From an uncultured Trueperaceae bacterium (GTDB taxonomy: Bacteria; Deinococcota; Deinococci; Deinococcales; Trueperaceae): 64,000 nucleotides of DNA. Shown piece after piece: positions 63,398 through 64,000 of the stretch. Numbering within the stretch: position 1 is the stretch's first letter; every line of letters begins with the position of its first letter. Under the pieces are notes generated by a model, which was not told where the DNA came from, searched no databases, and worked only from the letters and a program-made list of their open reading frames with translations. The stretch lies in NCBI GenBank assembly GCA_963815215.1, contig CAWFFU010000008.1:128001-192000 (forward strand), written 5' to 3'. Position numbers and translations under genes: made by a program.

Positions 63398-63603
63398 TGT
63401 GGATAACCGATGCAATCTGTGGATAACTCGGGTCCCTTGACAAAGCCCTGACCTATGGGGTAGGTGCGTCGGCCGCGCACACGAGCGAGGAAACGACGTC
63501 CTGGACGAGTCTTCAAGCATCCTAGAAGGCGCCATCGCGGTCTGCGACGCACTCCCGGCACTTCTCCACATGCCTGTGGAGAACTCCGGCCGCCTGTGGA
63601 AAA
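63398..63603. promoter_or_regulatory. Cluster of five DnaA-box-like 9-mers
   Basis: TGTGGATAA at 63398 and 63418; TTCTCCACA at 63562; TGTGGAGAA at 63575; TGTGGAAAA at 63595. Confidence 0.8.
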
Positions 63604-63612
63604 GGCATGCCG

Positions 63613-64000
63613 TCACGCTTCCCGCACGGCTCGAACGAAGGCCTGGACGCGCTCGGCATCCTTGATGCCGGGCTCCGACTCGACGCCCGAAGCCACATCG
63701 ACGGCGTACGGTCGCAGCGCCCGGACCCCGGCAGCCACCGTCATCGGGTCGAGGCCGCCGGCGAGCACCAGCCGAGGATGGCTCCGCCAGGCTTCCGCAT
63801 CGGACCATGCGAACGGCCGTCCCGAACCCGGCGTGGGCGCGTCGAGCAGGAAGGCGTCGGCCGGGTAGGCGTCCATCGAAGCCGGCGTGAGGCCGGGCTC
63901 GAACGGCATCGCCCGGACGACCATCACCTCACCCCGCAACGCCGCGGCGTAGGCGGCAGACTCGTTGCCGTGGAGCTGCACCGCCCCCAACTTGAGCCGC
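63613..64000 (-). CDS. trpF: Phosphoribosylanthranilate isomerase (5' end outside the window)
   Basis: VQLHGNES, LLDA..PGSG..F.W, LAGGL and VDVASGVESEPGIKD motifs. Confidence 0.95.
   Translation of the reverse strand, partial: RLKLGAVQLHGNESAAYAAALRGEVMVVRAMPFEPGLTPASMDAYPADAFLLDAPTPGSGRPFAWSDAEAWRSHPRLVLAGGLDPMTVAAGVRALRPYAVDVASGVESEPGIKDAERVQAFVRAVREA

Noticed and set aside
63398..63603. Calling this site oriC
   Set aside because: No dnaA or dnaN adjacent and no clear AT-rich unwinding element; reported only as a DnaA-box cluster

Overview
High-GC bacterial chromosome segment, very likely Deinococcota (Truepera/Deinococcales-like). The assignment rests on an SLH + coiled-coil + beta-barrel SlpA, the Thermus-type complex I subunit Nqo15, a sufC-sufB-sufD-Rieske operon, and many TANNNT -10 boxes lying directly in front of start codons. 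The window is mostly core genome with about 60 CDS, including a diguanylate cyclase, lnt, trkAH, acs, ispF, sufCBD, uvrA, hup, sdaAB/AA, ndh, cysK, menC-like, split mnmC, nqo15, pcrA, minDE, hpf, slpA, thyX, rlmH, rodA, a carboxyltransferase and a partial trpF. I found no rRNA, tRNA, CRISPR array, transposase or integrase. The most notable observations: (1) a repeat-rich membrane-anchored protein gene split by an exact 16-bp tandem duplication; (2) five DnaA-box-like 9-mers in an intergenic region with no dnaA nearby; (3) a shortened MalT-type regulator followed by phased TCACCC sites and two DUF4342-like genes; (4) a long slpA leader with a perfect SD and a 32-codon uORF; (5) a secreted pseudo-metalloprotease; (6) a pseudo-receiver protein; (7) an XRE gene with twin operators over its own promoter. 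All protein calls come from motif recognition by eye; no database search was run.
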